A DNA stretch of 64,000 bases, taken from an uncultured Clostridium sp. Lineage in GTDB: Bacteria > Bacillota > Clostridia > TANB77 > CAG-508. Positions within the stretch are counted from its first letter, which is position 1. Each line of letters begins with the position of its first letter. A model generated the notes under the pieces. That model made no database searches. It saw only the letters and a program-made list of their open reading frames with translations, and was not told where the DNA came from. Below, one piece after another: positions 36,101-45,554 of this stretch. The DNA lies in NCBI GenBank assembly GCA_964507565.1, contig CAZDPV010000002.1, positions 24,879 through 88,878 of the forward strand. The letters run 5' to 3'. Made by a program: the position numbers and the translations under genes.

Positions 36101-36662
36101 AGAAGCTTTGAAAACATCACTAGAAAAATTATCAAATGATGAAGTAAGAGTAAAAGTAATTCATTCAAATGCAGGAGGGGTTACTGAATCTGATGTTGAG
36201 CTTGCAAAAGCAGCGCATGCAATAATTATAGCATTTAATGTACGCCCTGTTGGTGCAACTAAAAAATTAGCTGAAAAAGAGGGTGTTGAAATAAAGCAAT
36301 ACTCAATTATTTATCAAGCATTAGAGGATGTTGAAGATGCTATGAAGGGAATGCTTGCACCAGTTTATAAAGAAGTTAATATTGGAAATGCAGAAGTTAG
36401 ACAAACATTTAAGATTTCAAATGTCGGAACTATTGCAGGATGTTTCGTACTAGATGGTAAACTTGCTAGAAATGCAGGAGTCAGAGTAATTCGTGATAGC
36501 GTTGTCATTCATGAAGGAAAGTTAATTTCATTAAAGAGATTTAAAGATGACGCAAAAGAAGTTTCAAAGGGATTTGAATGTGGACTTCAAATAGAAAGTT
36601 TTGATGATCTAAAAGAAGGAGACACAATAGAAGCCTTTATAAATGAGGAAGTTAAAAGATAA
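33180..36662 (+). CDS. infB: Translation initiation factor IF-2 with a greatly expanded Asn/Arg-rich low-complexity N-terminal region (about 1160 aa total)
   Basis: N-terminus [15 protein letters not shown]. The G domain has [25 protein letters not shown]. An RBS GGGAGGTG is upstream; the ORF track started at an upstream in-frame GTG (33168). The N/R-rich segment spans about nt 33945-34590. Confidence 0.9.
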   Translation: MSKTKIYELAKELNVENKKLVEMAQKLGIKATSHLSGIEDSDVEKIKNNISKNTSSEKEAKKQTIQSPSSKDKKVEAKKINSSKNNKKKSSSNKSNEVMNEKSKEEQKGEQVKKTESINVKKESKDSSKKEEIKTTGHVIIRREVIVEEEKKNSKPVRENKNGIGFTERRNKDFNIVYREKPVKPMTVNELFGIKPKIAPKKEEPIASNEEPKQIAEKELKSVDQNQKTLDDKKVIIKEESAKNENQEENKQSNDRNNKNDFQRNNTVNRNNRTENGFNNKDMNGYNRDNRNNRESGSYNRDNRNYRDSKDSATYNRDSGNPNREYRNNNYNNRNNNFNNNRSNFGRDNSNNRDNNFGRNNYNNNRSNFGRDNYNNRDNNSFQRNVQNNQDRGYSRQNDNDSSNTFRHNDRFGNRNPNSNFNRSNNSGFNNHVGNGTNFANRGNGTFQRNNNNGFKKDFRKPGMGHSTIDKDIKDIVSVDFGEKDNQRDYSTKIIDKQKANRNFDDKKKTSKSRRNDGEENFDEDKLRNLKQVDKLSNMFEDQEGGMLDYYDLTTERGKKNKRKIKRNEDRNKQKIFELKSILIPETISVKDLAAELKKTSTEVIKKLFDLGIMASINQSLDFDTAYLVADGFGVYATKKEVVKDEDILFDDTDDKEQDLQDRPPVVVVMGHVDHGKTSLLDAIRKTNVIEGEAGGITQHIGAYKVNVNGREITFLDTPGHEAFTSMRARGAQITDIAILVVAADDGVMPQTIEAINHAKSAGIPIIVAVNKIDLPGANVEKVKQELMKYELVPEEWGGDTIFVPISAKNNINIDNLLEMVLLVADMQNLKADPNRQSKGTVIEARLDKAQGPIASVLVQRGTLNVGDTIILGSSIGKIRTMKNDKGKNVKEAGPSTPVEITGLHDVPEAGDTFYEVKNEKVAKHLIEQRKLENREKAIENTDTVTLDNLFEKMESEELKQLSIILKTDVQGTAEALKTSLEKLSNDEVRVKVIHSNAGGVTESDVELAKAAHAIIIAFNVRPVGATKKLAEKEGVEIKQYSIIYQALEDVEDAMKGMLAPVYKEVNIGNAEVRQTFKISNVGTIAGCFVLDGKLARNAGVRVIRDSVVIHEGKLISLKRFKDDAKEVSKGFECGLQIESFDDLKEGDTIEAFINEEVKR
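34200..34334 (+). repeat. Imperfect tandem repeat of about 72 nt (2 copies) inside infB, encoding NRSNFGRDN(S/Y)NNRDNN(F/S)...
   Basis: aacagaagtaatttcggaagagataatagcaacaatagagataataac... is followed by aatagaagtaattttggaagagataattacaataacagagataacaac... Confidence 0.6.
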
Positions 36663-36688
36663 ATAAACTTTTTGGAAAGGATAAAATA

Positions 36689-37042
36689 ATGGCTAAAAAT
36701 ACAAATAGACTTGGAAGGGTTAATGAGGAATTAAAAAAAGAAATAAGCCAAGTTATAAATTATGAATTAAAAAATCCCAACGTAAGTGGAATGGTCAGTG
36801 TAACTAGAGTAAACATAACACCTGATTTCAGATACGCAAAAGTTTACATTAGTTTGCTAAATTCAAAAAGTATAAAAGGAACCATAGAAGGGCTTAAAGA
36901 ATCGGCAGGATTTATAAGAAGCAGAGTTGCAAATACAATAAATTTAAGAATTACTCCACAATTAGTATTTGAATATGATGATTCTGAACTTCAAGGAGAA
37001 AAAATTGATGCCATATTAAGAGGGCTGAAAGAAAAGGAGTAA
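36689..37042 (+). CDS. rbfA: Ribosome-binding factor A
   Basis: 117 aa, located after infB, with KH-like RbfA sequence (RLGRVNEELKKEISQVI). Confidence 0.85.
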   Translation: MAKNTNRLGRVNEELKKEISQVINYELKNPNVSGMVSVTRVNITPDFRYAKVYISLLNSKSIKGTIEGLKESAGFIRSRVANTINLRITPQLVFEYDDSELQGEKIDAILRGLKEKE

Positions 37043-37044
37043 AA

Positions 37045-37998
37045 ATGTCTACTTTAGATGAAATATTAAAAGAAATAAATAAAGCAAATAACATTATAAT
37101 ACTTACACATGAAAATCCAGATGGAGATGCTATAGGTTCAAGCCTTGCAGTATATAATATGTTAAAAAAACAGGGAAAGAATGTAGAAGTAGTAATACCA
37201 ACATATTCAAGGATATTCTCAAAATTACCTGGAATGAAAGATGCTAAAACAGAAGGAAAACTAAAACAATATGATTTAGCTATATCATTAGATTGTGCGA
37301 CAATAAAATTATTAAATGGATGGTCAAATTATTTTGAAGATGCATCACAAAGAATTGTAATAGATCATCATAGTACAAATGACATGTTTGGAGACTTAAA
37401 TTATGTAGATTTAAGTGCTCCAGCATGTGCACAGGTTTTATATACAATATTCAAATCTTATGGCTGGCAAATAGACCAAGATATTGGAACATGTCTAATG
37501 ACAGGGATTATTACAGATACAGGAGGATTTCAGTATTCTGGGGTATCAAAAGAAACATTTGAAATAGCATCAAATTTATTATCATTAGGAGTAAATATTT
37601 CTAAAATATATAAACAAGTTATGGAAACACATACTAAGGCTAGTATGGAACTAATGAAAATAGCATTAAATAGAATGGAATTTATACATGATAGTAAAAT
37701 AACATTTACATATATAACTAAAGAAGATGAAGAAAAAGTTGGAGCTGAAACTGGAGACTATGAAGGGATTGTAAATGAAGGAAGAAACATTGAAGGTGTT
37801 GAGGTTTCAATATTCTTACATGAAATGAATGATTGCTATAAGGCCTCTCTAAGGGCAAATGAATATGTAAATGTTTCTGATGTATGCTTAATGTTTGGAG
37901 GCGGTGGACATATCAAGGCAGCAGGTGCAAAAATGATTGGAACTCCAGAACAAATTAAAGAAAAATTAGTAAAAGAAGTGGAAAGACAGCTTAAATAA
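37045..37998 (+). CDS. nrnA: DHH-family bifunctional oligoribonuclease / pAp phosphatase NrnA
   Basis: DHH motifs ILTHENPDGDAIGS and DHH are present, plus a DHHA1 C-terminal domain with GGGH. Confidence 0.8.
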   Translation: MSTLDEILKEINKANNIIILTHENPDGDAIGSSLAVYNMLKKQGKNVEVVIPTYSRIFSKLPGMKDAKTEGKLKQYDLAISLDCATIKLLNGWSNYFEDASQRIVIDHHSTNDMFGDLNYVDLSAPACAQVLYTIFKSYGWQIDQDIGTCLMTGIITDTGGFQYSGVSKETFEIASNLLSLGVNISKIYKQVMETHTKASMELMKIALNRMEFIHDSKITFTYITKEDEEKVGAETGDYEGIVNEGRNIEGVEVSIFLHEMNDCYKASLRANEYVNVSDVCLMFGGGGHIKAAGAKMIGTPEQIKEKLVKEVERQLK

Positions 37999-38039
37999 AT
38001 TTTAAAAGAATATTTTACATAATAATTGGAGAAAATAAA

Positions 38040-38867
38040 ATGAACGGATTAGTAATAGTTGATAAACCAATAGGAGTTACATCTTTTGATGTAATTAGGA
38101 ATATTAGAAAAGAATATAATATAAAAAAAGTTGGACATATTGGAACTCTTGATCCAATGGCAACGGGAGTATTACCAGTACTTATAGGCGAAGCAACTAA
38201 ACTATCTGATTATTTAATGGAACATGATAAAGAATATATAGCTGTATTAAAACTAGGAGAAAAAAGAGATACAGGGGACAGCGAAGGAAGTATTATTGAA
38301 GAAGATAACCTTTCAAACTGCATATTATCAAAAGATAATATTTTAAAAAATCTTAAATATTTTGAAGGTGAAAGCATGCAAATTCCACCAATGTATTCGG
38401 CTATTAAAGTAAATGGAAAAAAACTATATGAACTTGCTAGAAAAGGAGAAACAATACAAAGAACTCCCAGAAAAATTCATATAAGCAATATTATGTTAAA
38501 TAAAATAGACAACGAAAATAATGAAATAGAGTATGGTGTTACTTGTTCAAAAGGAACGTATATTAGAGTATTGTGTGAAGATATAGCAAAAAAACTTAAT
38601 ACGGTTGGCTATATGAAGTCTTTAAGAAGAATTAAAGTAGGCAATTTTAAAATTTCAGAAGCTGGAAAGTTTATAGAAATGGAAAAAATATTAGATAGTA
38701 ATAAAAAAATAGAGATAATACATGATGATGATATCAAAAAGCTTTTAAATGGAGTTTCTATAAATATCGCAAATGCAAATGACTTATATAATTTATACTA
38801 TAATAATAAATACTTAGGAATTGGAGAAGTTAAAAACCAAATTTTAAGAAGAAAAATTATTATATAA
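38040..38867 (+). CDS. truB: tRNA pseudouridine(55) synthase TruB
   Basis: GLVIVDKPIGVTSFDVI...VGHIGTLDPMATGVL, with the catalytic Asp in TLDP. Confidence 0.9.
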   Translation: MNGLVIVDKPIGVTSFDVIRNIRKEYNIKKVGHIGTLDPMATGVLPVLIGEATKLSDYLMEHDKEYIAVLKLGEKRDTGDSEGSIIEEDNLSNCILSKDNILKNLKYFEGESMQIPPMYSAIKVNGKKLYELARKGETIQRTPRKIHISNIMLNKIDNENNEIEYGVTCSKGTYIRVLCEDIAKKLNTVGYMKSLRRIKVGNFKISEAGKFIEMEKILDSNKKIEIIHDDDIKKLLNGVSINIANANDLYNLYYNNKYLGIGEVKNQILRRKIII

Positions 38868-38960
38868 TATATAAAAATTATGGAAAAAACATACAAATTA
38901 TTATACAATCTTAATAGTAAATTTTTCTAAAAAAAATTTTTGGAAAATGCAAAAAAAGTA

Positions 38961-38989
38961 TTGCAATTTTTTTAAATATATGGTATTGT
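38961..38989 (+). promoter_or_regulatory. Candidate sigma-A promoter (ttgcaa, 17 nt spacer, tattgt) for the downstream structured RNA
   Basis: The -35/-10-like hexamers have a 17-nt spacing and lie just upstream of the GC-enriched block. Confidence 0.4.
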
Positions 38990-38997
38990 ATAAATGT

Positions 38998-39195
38998 AAA
39001 GTGAATTCATTCCTGCCTGGTTCGTGCAAATTAGGATTTTAGAACCAACAAATAGATTAAAGGGAGTCCGCCTTTGAATGTGGCGTGTATGCTTAACATA
39101 ACGTTATGAAACCCAGAAGCATTCGACAAGACACCCACCTGTGTAAACAGGCTCTTAAAATTCTTAATTAACGGCCGAGGCGGGCCTTTTTTTTT
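38998..39195 (+). ncRNA. Candidate structured small RNA of about 200 nt (6S-like or unknown) ending in a GC-hairpin/T9 terminator; alternatively a cis leader of the downstream gene
   Basis: A 200-nt non-coding block has much higher GC than its surroundings (cctgcctggttcgtgc, gggagtccgcc, ggcgtg, acccacctgtgtaaacaggc). The 5' end (gaatt...gcctg...gtg) is partly complementary to the 3' end (cac...caggc...aattc), which suggests a long imperfect rod. A terminator ggccgaggcgggcc plus TTTTTTTTT is at 39174-39195. Confidence 0.45.
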
Positions 39196-39301
39196 GCCAA
39201 AAAAACAGTTAATTTATTTATAGCTAAAACACTTTAATTATTGTTGAAAAATGGAACTTAATGTGATAAAATGATAAAAAATATATTATGGAGATGCAGT
39301 T

Positions 39302-40144
39302 ATGAGAAAAGAAACTACTGTAATAGTAAATGGAAACGATAATTATAAAATAAAGAGAAAATTACTAATTACTATAATACTTTTAATTTGTGCAATAATA
39401 ATAAGTGCTTACTCTATAAATACATATATTACATCTAAAAAATTTGCAAATGAGGTAAATGAATTTGCAAAGTTGAATTCCAAAACAGTATTCAGTATAG
39501 ACAAAATATATTTATATAGTTCAGCAAATGCGATAAATAACGAAGAAAAAAGACCAATATGGAACGTTAATATTTATCAATATACAGATATAGCACTTTA
39601 CATAAATAATAAATCTACAGAAAAATTAAACTATGAAAATTCAATAAAGCAATTATATATAGACAATGTAAAGTTCTCTGGCTTAAATACTGGAAATCCG
39701 AGCCTATATTATAAAAATATAAATGATTTTGCAAAATTTAAAATTGAAAAAGAAAATCAAATTACAGATAAATTGGAATACAAAGTATTAAATGATGGCG
39801 ATTTAGACTACTCAAAACCGGAAATTTATGCAGACACATCAACTCCTATTACTCTCGAATATATAAATAGTAATATAAAAGAAAATACAATACTTTCAGA
39901 TATAACAACTGATTTAAAATATGACGGAACAATACTAAGAAAAAGTGCGGTAATATTAGGTGATATTAAGTGCACGATGTCTTTTAATATAACAATAATA
40001 AATTATTACAATCAAAAATTTATTGCAACTGCCTATATTGAAGTTCCACTAGAAGATTCAGTAACAGGCGAAACAATATATAATGGTAAAATTGTTAAAA
40101 AGGTAGAAAATGCAAATACAATAAGATTTTTTAGAATGGAATAG
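39302..40144 (+). CDS. Hypothetical membrane-anchored protein (N-terminal TM, 280 aa)
   Basis: TM helix is LLITIILLICAIIISAYSI. No recognisable motifs. Confidence 0.4.
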   Translation: MRKETTVIVNGNDNYKIKRKLLITIILLICAIIISAYSINTYITSKKFANEVNEFAKLNSKTVFSIDKIYLYSSANAINNEEKRPIWNVNIYQYTDIALYINNKSTEKLNYENSIKQLYIDNVKFSGLNTGNPSLYYKNINDFAKFKIEKENQITDKLEYKVLNDGDLDYSKPEIYADTSTPITLEYINSNIKENTILSDITTDLKYDGTILRKSAVILGDIKCTMSFNITIINYYNQKFIATAYIEVPLEDSVTGETIYNGKIVKKVENANTIRFFRME

Positions 40145-40255
40145 GATGAATTAAATCTTTTGCTATAAAACTTTTAAAAATAGCATAATTTTAATTTTAG
40201 AAACAATATAGTATTATACAAAAGAATAAAAAAGCAGAGAGGAAATAAAAAATAA

Positions 40256-41092
40256 ATGACAATAAAAGAAGCAATAAACTTGGGAAGTAAAATAATAAAT
40301 ATAATTGATGCAAAGTCACTATTAAAATATGCATTAAATGTAGATAATCAATATTTAATAATAAATTATGAAAAAGAATTAACTAATGATAATATAAACA
40401 AATATTTTAAGCAAATAGATTTAATCAAAAATGGAAAACCTTTGCAGTACATAACAAATAAACAAGAATTTATGGGACTTAATTTTTATGTAAATGAAGA
40501 TGTTCTAATACCACAGCCAGATACGGAAATTCTTGTAGAAGAAACATTAAAAATAGTAGAAAAAATAAAAAATGAACAGTCAAGAAAAATTAGAATATTA
40601 GATCTTTGCACAGGAAGTGGAGCCATAGGAATCTCAATAAAGAAAATGGCTCAAAATAGTGATATTGAGATGTGGGCATCAGACATAAGTCCCAAAGCAC
40701 TGGAAGTTGCAAAAATGAATACTAAAAACATTCTAAATGATGAGAATAATATTAAATTTATACAATCAGACTTATTTGATAATATCCACTCTTTAAAGAA
40801 ATTTGATATAATTATTTCAAATCCACCGTACATAAAAACAGAAATGATTAAAACATTAGACAAAGATGTGCAAAACGAACCTATATTAGCATTAGATGGA
40901 GGAATAGATGGTTGCGATTTTTATAGAAAAATTCGATCAAATATTGTAAACTATGTTGACGGGTATGTTCTACTTGAAATTGGATATGACCTAAAAGAAG
41001 AAGTAATAAATATTTTTGAAGGAGCTACTTGCAAAAAGGATTATGCAGGTAACGATAGGGTAATAATATGGAATCATTTTCTGCAAAGATAA
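40256..41092 (+). CDS. prmC: Release factor glutamine N5-methyltransferase PrmC (HemK)
   Basis: NPPY motif (IISNPPYIK) and a SAM-binding motif (LDLCTGSGAIGISI) are present. Confidence 0.85.
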   Translation: MTIKEAINLGSKIINIIDAKSLLKYALNVDNQYLIINYEKELTNDNINKYFKQIDLIKNGKPLQYITNKQEFMGLNFYVNEDVLIPQPDTEILVEETLKIVEKIKNEQSRKIRILDLCTGSGAIGISIKKMAQNSDIEMWASDISPKALEVAKMNTKNILNDENNIKFIQSDLFDNIHSLKKFDIIISNPPYIKTEMIKTLDKDVQNEPILALDGGIDGCDFYRKIRSNIVNYVDGYVLLEIGYDLKEEVINIFEGATCKKDYAGNDRVIIWNHFLQR

Positions 41093-41898
41093 AAGAAGAA
41101 CTAAGCAAACTAAATAATTTATCAAATAAAGATTTAGTAAAAGCTGAATTAGAAGGATACTTGAGTGTAAATTCATCTAATCAGTTTGTAACAGAAAATC
41201 AATATAATATAAATAGATTTGGAAAACTTTTAAATAATATAGGACAAAATAGCTACTCTATTGAAATACAGGGAAAAAAATTTTGCATTAAAACAAAGAA
41301 AAAAATAAAAATAAATGAAGAAATAAAAACAAATGAACAAATTAGGGCTTTTGTAAGAGGTTGCTTTTTAGCATCTGGTTCAGTAAGTAATCCGAGAAAT
41401 CTTTATCATTTAGAAATAATATTTGAAAACGAGGAAAATGCATTAAATATTAAATATTTTTTATCAGAAAATGAAATAAACTCAAAAATTATTACAAGAG
41501 AAGATAAGTACATTATATATATAAAAGAAGGAGATAGCATATCTAAATTTTTAGCATTTATTGGAGCAAGCAAAGCAGTGCTGGATTTTGAAGATATGAG
41601 AGTAATAAAATCTGTAAGGAATAATGTTAATAGGCTAGTAAATTGCGAAACGGCAAATCTTAATAAAACAATTTCTGCGTCCGTAAAACAAATTGAATAT
41701 ATAAAACTAATAAAGGAAAAACATAAATTTGATAAACTTTCGGAAAAAGAAAAAGAACTGGCAAATTTAAGATTAGAAAACGAGGACTTAACTCTTGAAG
41801 AATTGGGAAAATTACTAGAGCCAAGCATAAGTAAATCTGGTGTAAATCATAGAATGTCAAATATACTAAAATTTGCAGAAGAATTAAAAAATAAATAG
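41068..41898 (+). CDS. whiA: Sporulation/cell-division regulator WhiA
   Basis: N-terminus MESFSAKIKEELSKL. A LAGLIDADG-like region (RGCFLASGSVSNP) and a C-terminal HTH are present. Confidence 0.8.
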   Translation: MESFSAKIKEELSKLNNLSNKDLVKAELEGYLSVNSSNQFVTENQYNINRFGKLLNNIGQNSYSIEIQGKKFCIKTKKKIKINEEIKTNEQIRAFVRGCFLASGSVSNPRNLYHLEIIFENEENALNIKYFLSENEINSKIITREDKYIIYIKEGDSISKFLAFIGASKAVLDFEDMRVIKSVRNNVNRLVNCETANLNKTISASVKQIEYIKLIKEKHKFDKLSEKEKELANLRLENEDLTLEELGKLLEPSISKSGVNHRMSNILKFAEELKNK

Positions 41899-41913
41899 AA
41901 AGAAAGGCATGGA

Positions 41914-43047
41914 ATGAAAGATATTGGAATATATGTGCATATACCATTTTGCAAAAGTAAATGCAATTATTGCGACTTTACATCTTTTCAAAATAAAGAC
42001 AATAAAATAAGTGAATATATTGCATGCTTAAAAAAAGAAATAGAGAGTAAATCGGATGATGAGTATTTTGTAAAGACAATATATATAGGTGGAGGAACGC
42101 CTTCATATATAAATTCACAATATATTGAAGAAATATTACAGACAATTGAAACCAGCTTTAAAGTGTATGAAAAATGTGAGATTTCAATAGAAGTAAATCC
42201 AGGAAGTGCAGACGAAAAAAAACTAGAGGAATACTTTAATTCAGGAATCAATAGATTAAGTATAGGAATGCAGTCAGGTAATGATAATATTCTAAAAACA
42301 ATAGGTAGAATTCATACATATAGTGATTTCAAAACAACGGTTATAAATGCAAAAAAAGTTGGTTTTACTAACTTAAATGCAGATATAATAATTGGACTGC
42401 CAAATCAAACAATTTATGATGTTGAAAATACGATAGATAGCTTACTAGAGTTAGATTTAAAGCATATTTCAGTATATTCACTCATAGTTGAAGAAAATAC
42501 TAAACTAGAAAAAATGCTGAATAACAAAGAATTAAAACTGCCAGATGAAGAAATTGAAAGATATATGTACTGGTTTGCTAAAAGAAAATTGGAAGGTAAG
42601 GGTTATAATCATTATGAAATATCAAATTTTGCAAAACCAGGATATTGCTCTAAGCATAATTTAGACTGCTGGAATCAAAAAGAGTATTTAGGGTTTGGAG
42701 TATCTGCATCTTCATATGAAAATGCAGTAAGATATACTAATACAAATTGCATAGAAACATATATTAGAAACATATTAGAAAATAATAATTATAAAAACAT
42801 TAAAATAGAGGAAAAACAAGATAAACAGGCAAAAATGAATGAATATATGATGTTAGGACTAAGAAAGATAAGTGGAGTTAGCATAAATGAGTTTAGAACA
42901 AAATTTGACAGAAATCCGATACAACTATATAAGGAAATATTAACCAAATTACTACAAGAGAATCTTATTATAGTGGATACAAATTGCATAAAATTAAGCA
43001 AGAAAGGAATAGATTTAGCAAATTTGGTATGGGAAGAATTTGTCTGA
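41914..43047 (+). CDS. hemW: Radical SAM heme chaperone HemW (HemN-like coproporphyrinogen oxidase family)
   Basis: CxxxCxYC motif (PFCKSKCNYCDF) and a GGGTPS motif. Confidence 0.85.
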   Translation: MKDIGIYVHIPFCKSKCNYCDFTSFQNKDNKISEYIACLKKEIESKSDDEYFVKTIYIGGGTPSYINSQYIEEILQTIETSFKVYEKCEISIEVNPGSADEKKLEEYFNSGINRLSIGMQSGNDNILKTIGRIHTYSDFKTTVINAKKVGFTNLNADIIIGLPNQTIYDVENTIDSLLELDLKHISVYSLIVEENTKLEKMLNNKELKLPDEEIERYMYWFAKRKLEGKGYNHYEISNFAKPGYCSKHNLDCWNQKEYLGFGVSASSYENAVRYTNTNCIETYIRNILENNNYKNIKIEEKQDKQAKMNEYMMLGLRKISGVSINEFRTKFDRNPIQLYKEILTKLLQENLIIVDTNCIKLSKKGIDLANLVWEEFV

Positions 43048-43117
43048 AATCATTGACTTTAAACATTGCAAATGCTAAAATAACTTATATGAAAATAATA
43101 TGCTAAGGAGAATAATA

Positions 43118-43288
43118 ATGTCAAAAAATAAAACTGAATTAGATAATGAAATACGAGATAATAAAGTAAAAATAAAAAAACATCATAATCCCGCTCGTGG
43201 AGCAGTTAGGATAATAGCACTACTTTTAGCTTTAATTATGCTATTTGCATCTGCAGGTACCCTAATATTTTATCTAATGTTAAAATAA
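43118..43288 (+). CDS. Small tail-anchored membrane protein (56 aa) upstream of cdaA
   Basis: RBS AAGGAG 7 nt before the ATG. The C-terminal TM is RIIALLLALIMLFASAGTLIFYLML. Confidence 0.4.
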   Translation: MSKNKTELDNEIRDNKVKIKKHHNPARGAVRIIALLLALIMLFASAGTLIFYLMLK

Positions 43289-43320
43289 AAAAATAAAACT
43301 ATGTAACAGGAGGATAAATT

Positions 43321-44274
43321 ATGTTTGAAGAATTAAATAAGCAAATGTCCATTGATTTCCCAGCATATATAAAAGAATTGCAAACGAGTCCTTGGGAGAT
43401 ATTTACTCTCATATTGGACTTGATAGTTGTAGGATTTCTAGTATATGGATTTGTGAAAATTGCAAAGAAGTCAAGAGTATGGCAATTACTAAAAGGAATA
43501 GCGTTCTTAATAATAATAACTGTGCTTAGTGGTTTATTAAAATTACGTATTCTTAATTTTATTTTAACTTCATTTATGACGTATGGAGTAATAGCACTTC
43601 TTGTTATCTTTCAGCCAGAACTTAGAAGAGCACTAGAGCAATTAGGTTCTAACACATTTTCAAAAATGTTTGGAATGGATAAAAGCCTAATGGATAAAAC
43701 AAAAGAAGATATTTACAAAATAGTAATAGCAATAGAGGAACTTGCTAAAACTAGGACTGGAGCGTTAATTGTTTTTGAAAGAGAAATTAAATTGCAAGAT
43801 ATTGTTGAAACTGGAGTAGAAATGGATTCAATAATTTCTCCTCAAATTTTAGTAAATATATTTGTGCCTAATACACCATTGCATGATGGGGCGGTTATAA
43901 TTAGTAATAATAAAATTATTTCTGCAGCATGCATTTTACCTCTTGCAGATGATAAAGATATTGCAAAGGAGCTTGGAACAAGACACAGAGCCGCAATTGG
44001 AATATCAAAAGATTCTGATGCGATTGCAGTCGTTGTGTCGGAGGAAACTGGCAAGGTTTCTATTGCAAAAGATGGAACATTAATTGCTGATGTAAAAGAA
44101 GATGCATTAAAAAGAATTTTAATAAAGCATTTAGTAACTGCTAGATTTGGAACAGAGGAACAAGTTGATAGAGTCACTAAAATAAAAGAAAAAATAAAAA
44201 ACAAAAAAGCTGAAATACAAGAAAAAAGAAAAAATAGACAATCAAAAAAAGAAGAAAATAAAGAGGCAAAATGA
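43321..44274 (+). CDS. cdaA: Diadenylate cyclase CdaA (three N-terminal TM helices plus a DAC domain) with a K/E-rich C-terminal tail
   Basis: DAC motifs are present (TGALIVFERE...LHDGAVIISNNKI...GTRHRAAIGISKDSDA). Confidence 0.85.
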   Translation: MFEELNKQMSIDFPAYIKELQTSPWEIFTLILDLIVVGFLVYGFVKIAKKSRVWQLLKGIAFLIIITVLSGLLKLRILNFILTSFMTYGVIALLVIFQPELRRALEQLGSNTFSKMFGMDKSLMDKTKEDIYKIVIAIEELAKTRTGALIVFEREIKLQDIVETGVEMDSIISPQILVNIFVPNTPLHDGAVIISNNKIISAACILPLADDKDIAKELGTRHRAAIGISKDSDAIAVVVSEETGKVSIAKDGTLIADVKEDALKRILIKHLVTARFGTEEQVDRVTKIKEKIKNKKAEIQEKRKNRQSKKEENKEAK

Positions 44275-45026
44275 GAAATATAAAATTAACAATCGAATAT
44301 GATGGAAAAGACTTTAATGGATGGCAAAAACAACAAAATAAATTAAACATTCAAGGAGAAATAGAACGAGCAATAGAAGTTGTTACAGGTGAGAGGGTAA
44401 ATCTAATTGCTTCTGGAAGGACAGATGCTGGTGTTCATGCTATTGGGCAAGTTGCAAATTTTAAAATTGAAAAAGACATCCCAATTCAAAAGATACCGTA
44501 TGCCCTAAATTCACAGCTTAAAAAATCAATTAGAATAAAATCTGCCCAAGAGGTTGATGAACAATTTCATAGTAGATATACTTGTAAAAGAAAAACATAC
44601 AGATATGTTATAAATAATTCAGAACAAGGTAGTGCAATATACAGAAATATGCAATATCATTTTCCAAATAAGCTAAATGCAGATAAAATGAACAGAGCAG
44701 TAAAGTATTTAATAGGAGAACATGATTTTAAATCTTTTAAAGCAAGCGGAACAAGTAGTAAAAGTAGCGTAAGAACAATTTTTGATGCAAAAGTATATAG
44801 AGATAAAGAAGATAATGAAATTATTAAGATAGAGCTAACGGGAAACGGATTTTTATACAATATGGTAAGAATCATTGCGGGAACATTACTTGATGTGGGA
44901 GAAGAAAAGATAGAACCAGAAAAAGTAAAGGAAATATTAGAAGCAAAAAACAGATTAGAGGCAGGAAAAACGCTTCCTGCAACAGGATTATTTTTAATAA
45001 ATGTAGAATATGAAAATATAGATTAA
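44271..45026 (+). CDS. truA: tRNA pseudouridine(38-40) synthase TruA
   Basis: MRNIKLTIEYDGKDFNGWQKQ, GRTDAGVHA. Confidence 0.9.
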   Translation: MRNIKLTIEYDGKDFNGWQKQQNKLNIQGEIERAIEVVTGERVNLIASGRTDAGVHAIGQVANFKIEKDIPIQKIPYALNSQLKKSIRIKSAQEVDEQFHSRYTCKRKTYRYVINNSEQGSAIYRNMQYHFPNKLNADKMNRAVKYLIGEHDFKSFKASGTSSKSSVRTIFDAKVYRDKEDNEIIKIELTGNGFLYNMVRIIAGTLLDVGEEKIEPEKVKEILEAKNRLEAGKTLPATGLFLINVEYENID

Positions 45027-45071
45027 CATAATTTAATAGTTAACATATAATATAGTAGGAAAGGAGCACAA

Positions 45072-45431
45072 ATGGATCCAATCTTACTATATTTTGTATT
45101 TCCACTTGTAACAATAATATTTGCAATAGCACTAGAAAAAATATTCAACAACCCATTATTAGTTGCAGCAATAATATTTGCTGTATTCTTAATTGTAACA
45201 TTTGCAGCATTTACCGTAGATTTTCTAATCTATGCAATAGCATATACAATAATTGCATTTGTTACCGCATATTTAACGAGTGTTATATCAGGACTTATTG
45301 AAAGACTGAATAATTCTAATAATAATTCTAACAACAATGATAATGATAACAACAATCGTGATCCTAATACAACTGCTTGCAGAGTATGCCAATGTCAAAG
45401 ACAATATTGCAGATGCCTACGTGGAAGATAA
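45072..45431 (+). CDS. Small membrane protein (3 TM) with an Asn-rich linker and a Cys-rich C-terminal tail (CRVCQCQRQYCRC)
   Basis: The ORF has hydrophobic helices. The tail motif is CxxCxCxxxxCxC. Confidence 0.4.
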   Translation: MDPILLYFVFPLVTIIFAIALEKIFNNPLLVAAIIFAVFLIVTFAAFTVDFLIYAIAYTIIAFVTAYLTSVISGLIERLNNSNNNSNNNDNDNNNRDPNTTACRVCQCQRQYCRCLRGR

Positions 45432-45439
45432 AAAAATAA

Positions 45440-45490
45440 AAAACTGTAAAACCTCGATTTTAAGGGGTTTTTACAGTTTTATTTTTTTAC
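45440..45490. terminator. Bidirectional terminator between the small membrane protein gene and mutS2
   Basis: aaactgtaaaacc...ggggtttttacagttt hairpin with flanking T/A runs. Confidence 0.55.
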
Positions 45491-45554
45491 TTATGAACAC
45501 TTTTTATTGTTAATAAATTATAAATAAAGAAAAAATAGCTTTAACATTTTATAT

